A DNA stretch of 49,466 nucleotides, taken from contig JBBDJG010000012.1 in the NCBI GenBank assembly GCA_040880005.1, positions 34,984 through 84,449 on the forward strand, written 5' to 3'. A program made the position numbers and the translations under genes. Origin of the DNA: Solirubrobacterales bacterium (lineage in GTDB: Bacteria; Actinomycetota; Thermoleophilia; Solirubrobacterales; JBBDJG01). Numbering within the stretch: position 1 is the first letter of the stretch; the number at the start of each line of letters is the position of its first letter. Positions 46,712 to 49,466 of the stretch are shown here, piece after piece. Under the pieces are notes generated by a model. That model saw only the letters and a program-made list of their open reading frames with translations, made no database searches and was not told the origin of the DNA.

Positions 46712-47434
46712 ATGAGTGGCGCAGCCGCCAAGGGGCCGGACGGGAGAGGGGCCTCGCGCAAGAAGATCCCCCGTGCCGAGCGCGAGGCGCTGATGATCGA
46801 GTCGGCCACGCTGATATTCGCCGAGCGCGGCTTCCGGGCCGCGAACATGGACCAGATCGCCGAGGGTGCCGGGGTCACCAAGCGCATGCTCTACGCGTAT
46901 TTCGACTCCAAGGAGGCACTGCTGGCGGCTTGCATCGAGCGCGCGGCGGCGCCGTTGACGGAGGAGTTCGAGCGCGCGATAGACAGGGACCTGCCGGCGG
47001 ACCAGCAGCTCTGGCAGGGAATTCTTGCCTACTTCGGCTGGTTCGAGGACCAGCGCGAGTGGGGCACCAGGATCCACTTCGAGGCCGCCTGGACCGCCGG
47101 CCGCCCGCGCGAGGCGGTCGAGCGGATCCGCGGCCGCGTGGTCGCGCTGGTGGCGGGGATGATCACAGAGCAGGCCGAAAAGACGCTGCCAAAGGTCCAG
47201 GTGGAGCTGGTCGCGACCCAGGCCGAGCCGATTGCGAGGGCGTTCGTGGGCGCCGCCGAGGAGCTGACGCTGTGGTGGCTCGAGCACCCCGAGCAGCCAC
47301 GCGAACTGGTCGCGATGCGACTGATGAACTTCGCCTGGCAGGGCTTCAACCAGCTATCGAAGGCCGAGTTCTGGCTGCCACCCTCGGGGCACCTGGGGTG
47401 GCTGCGGGAGGAGGGAGAGGGAGGCGACGACTGA
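46712..47434 (+). CDS. TetR-family transcriptional regulator
   Basis: FAERGFRAANMDQIAEGAGVTKRMLYAYFDSKE. Confidence 0.94.
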   Translation: MSGAAAKGPDGRGASRKKIPRAEREALMIESATLIFAERGFRAANMDQIAEGAGVTKRMLYAYFDSKEALLAACIERAAAPLTEEFERAIDRDLPADQQLWQGILAYFGWFEDQREWGTRIHFEAAWTAGRPREAVERIRGRVVALVAGMITEQAEKTLPKVQVELVATQAEPIARAFVGAAEELTLWWLEHPEQPRELVAMRLMNFAWQGFNQLSKAEFWLPPSGHLGWLREEGEGGDD

Positions 47435-47457
47435 AGGCTTTGTTTGGCGCCCGGCCC

Positions 47458-49466
47458 TCAGGAGCCCACGCAGTTGTGCCCGAACTGGATCACGGTCGCG
47501 GAGATGTCCCCCCCGGCGATCGAGCCGTCGGCGGACATCAGATCCCAGGGGTCACCTCCGACGATCGTGCCGCCGCGATCGTAGGCGGGGTGGTAGTTGG
47601 AGCGAGCGCCGGGGGGAAGGATCGTCGCGTTGGGGGTGGAGAGCGGGTCACTTTGCTTGTTGAACTGGCCCGGCGTCGCATCGTTGGATCCAAAGCGGGC
47701 AACGACCGCCGCTATGTCTCCGCCGCTGACCCTCTTATCGCGTGCAAAGCCTGTGCCCGTGGGCACGTCCATGAAGTCCCAGAAGTTGGATGGGTCGCGA
47801 AGGCCGCCTTGGGCTGCATTTGTGTCGGTCTCCCGATCGTCGGCGCAGCCGTCGTGGTCTGCGTCTAGGTCCACCAGCGGGTCGCGCTCCAGCGCTCCGA
47901 TGTCGCAGCCGGCGCCTTGGGGCCTGGGCGTGCCGCGCTGGTCGGCGGCCGGGCAGGCAGAGCTTGCGCCATCGAGCGCCGGGCTTGTAAGCGCCGGCAT
48001 GTGGGTCTTGGTCGGGCCTCCGTTTTGTGCCAGAAGGCCGAGCTTTGCATCCTGGCCCGTGATGTTGCCGCTCGTATCGCCCGAGATCGAACAGCCCGAG
48101 GTCGTCCCTATGAGGTTGTGGCCCTGCGAGACGAGCGGACCCGTGCAGTCGCTTTGGCTCGCTCCCACGCTGTTGTCGGCGACGATCGCATCCTGTGCGG
48201 CGATCGTGCCGAAGCTGCCGCCGACCTGGAGGTTCAAAAGACCCCCGCCCGAGGAGGTGGCAGCGTTTTGGGCGATCGTCGAGCTCTCGAGCGTGGTGCC
48301 GCCGCCCGGCCCGCCGGCGACGTCGTGGTCGAGGATCCCTCCGCCCTGGGTGGCGGAGTTGCCAGAGACGGTCGTGTTGGCGAGGTCGAGGCTTCCGCCG
48401 TGGTTGTGGGTGCCGCCGCCGTTTGCGGCGAAGTTCGACGAGATCGTCGAGTCGGAGATATCGGCCACCCCCGCGCTCCAGATGCCGCCGCCGTTGGTGT
48501 CGGAAGTGTTCTCGGAGATCGTGGAGTCGGTGACGTCGGCAGAGGCGCCCTTTTGGACCCAAAGTCCGGCGCCCTCGCCCTTGTCGACGAGAACTCCGGG
48601 TGGTGCGATCGCCCTGTTGCCTGAGACGGTGCTGTCGTTCAGGGTCATTGCTCCGGCGAAGGCGTAGACACCGCCGCCGTTGCTCGCTTCGTTTCCCACG
48701 ATGGTCGTACGGGTAATCGTTGCGGTTGAGTTTTGGCCGTCGTTATAGACGCCACCACCACCTTCTTGCCCGGTGGCCTCGTTGTAGCTGACCGTGCTGT
48801 CCGTCAGCAGGAGCGTCCCCTTATTGGCGATTGCGCCGCCGATGCCACCGGAATTGCCACTGATGGTGCTGCGGTTGATGATCAGCGTTCCGCCAAGGTT
48901 AAGGAGCGGGCCGTATGTGTTTTCGGGCGTGGCGTTGTTAGCCACGGTGCTGTCGTTGATGGTGACCATCCCGTTCTCGTTCTGGATGGCGGCGGCACCG
49001 AACATTCCGAAGTTGTCGCGTAGGGTTACGCTCTCCAGGGTCAGAGTGCCGAAGTTAATGATTCCTCGGCCTCGGATGGTCAAGCCGGAGATCTCTACTG
49101 TCGGGTGTTGCCCCGACTGATCGTAGAGTTCGAACCAACCGACGACGGTAGTGGCTGCACCAGCGCCGCTCATGGTCACGTCATCGGTTACCTTCAAGTA
49201 GCCAAAATCGGAGGTGAGCGCATACGTGCCAGCTGGCAGCCCAATTACGTCGCCTCCATAGCCTCCTGCGCAGGCATCCACCTCTACATCGTCGTTGGCT
49301 GCTTGGACCGCTTCCCTGAGGGCGCAGTCGCCGTCCGAGTTCAACTCGTCGTTGGTCGTGTTCACTGAGATGGTCGCGGCCTGGGCGGCTTGGGCCTGGG
49401 CTGCGACAAGCGCCAGAGCTGCCACACCGGCGATAGCGAGCCTCGCGAAGCGGGGCGAGCGCCCGC
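47458..49466 (-). CDS. CSLREA/choice-of-anchor Q beta-helix surface protein with a flexitail/dockerin-like C-terminal domain; 5' end probably outside the window
   Basis: VNTTND..DGDCALREA; GGG(I/V)xN repeats; LAQNGGPTKTH...DQRG..R...CDIGA; DADHDGC..E...DFMD...GDIAAVVARFG; frame stays open to the window edge. Confidence 0.85.
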   Translation of the reverse strand, partial: GRSPRFARLAIAGVAALALVAAQAQAAQAATISVNTTNDELNSDGDCALREAVQAANDDVEVDACAGGYGGDVIGLPAGTYALTSDFGYLKVTDDVTMSGAGAATTVVGWFELYDQSGQHPTVEISGLTIRGRGIINFGTLTLESVTLRDNFGMFGAAAIQNENGMVTINDSTVANNATPENTYGPLLNLGGTLIINRSTISGNSGGIGGAIANKGTLLLTDSTVSYNEATGQEGGGGVYNDGQNSTATITRTTIVGNEASNGGGVYAFAGAMTLNDSTVSGNRAIAPPGVLVDKGEGAGLWVQKGASADVTDSTISENTSDTNGGGIWSAGVADISDSTISSNFAANGGGTHNHGGSLDLANTTVSGNSATQGGGILDHDVAGGPGGGTTLESSTIAQNAATSSGGGLLNLQVGGSFGTIAAQDAIVADNSVGASQSDCTGPLVSQGHNLIGTTSGCSISGDTSGNITGQDAKLGLLAQNGGPTKTHMPALTSPALDGASSACPAADQRGTPRPQGAGCDIGALERDPLVDLDADHDGCADDRETDTNAAQGGLRDPSNFWDFMDVPTGTGFARDKRVSGGDIAAVVARFGSNDATPGQFNKQSDPLSTPNATILPPGARSNYHPAYDRGGTIVGGDPWDLMSADGSIAGGDISATVIQFGHNCVGS

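Overview
GC-rich bacterial chromosomal segment. Gene content and protein families suggest an actinobacterium, probably Thermoleophilia/Solirubrobacterales (inference). It holds about 45 genes. Housekeeping and metabolic genes include an acyl-CoA dehydrogenase, a CDF transporter, lgt, a lysA-hom-(methyltransferase)-thrC-thrB operon, an orphan ParA, a stand-alone glutamate synthase large subunit, MarP, FxsA, a SufT-like protein, ispH and an acetone carboxylase-type acxABC operon. There are two inserted toxin-antitoxin modules (HigBA-like and HipBA-like), a c-di-AMP riboswitch ahead of an M23 peptidase, and many secreted proteins (RTX-like, S8, CSLREA). No CRISPR array, tRNA, rRNA, transposase or integrase was seen. 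The most unusual elements are: (1) a TetR-controlled operon of three tandem cytochromes P450, the first fused to a SAM methyltransferase; (2) a protein with an ECF sigma region 2 but no intact region 4, followed by a membrane helix and RTX-like repeats; (3) palindromic or repeat DNA inserted in frame in gltB and acxC, the acxC insert being related to an intergenic REP-like element; (4) a zinc-ribbon GarA-like FHA gene next to gltB; (5) a c-di-AMP riboswitch with a triplicated core motif. All family calls come from motif recognition, not from database searches.
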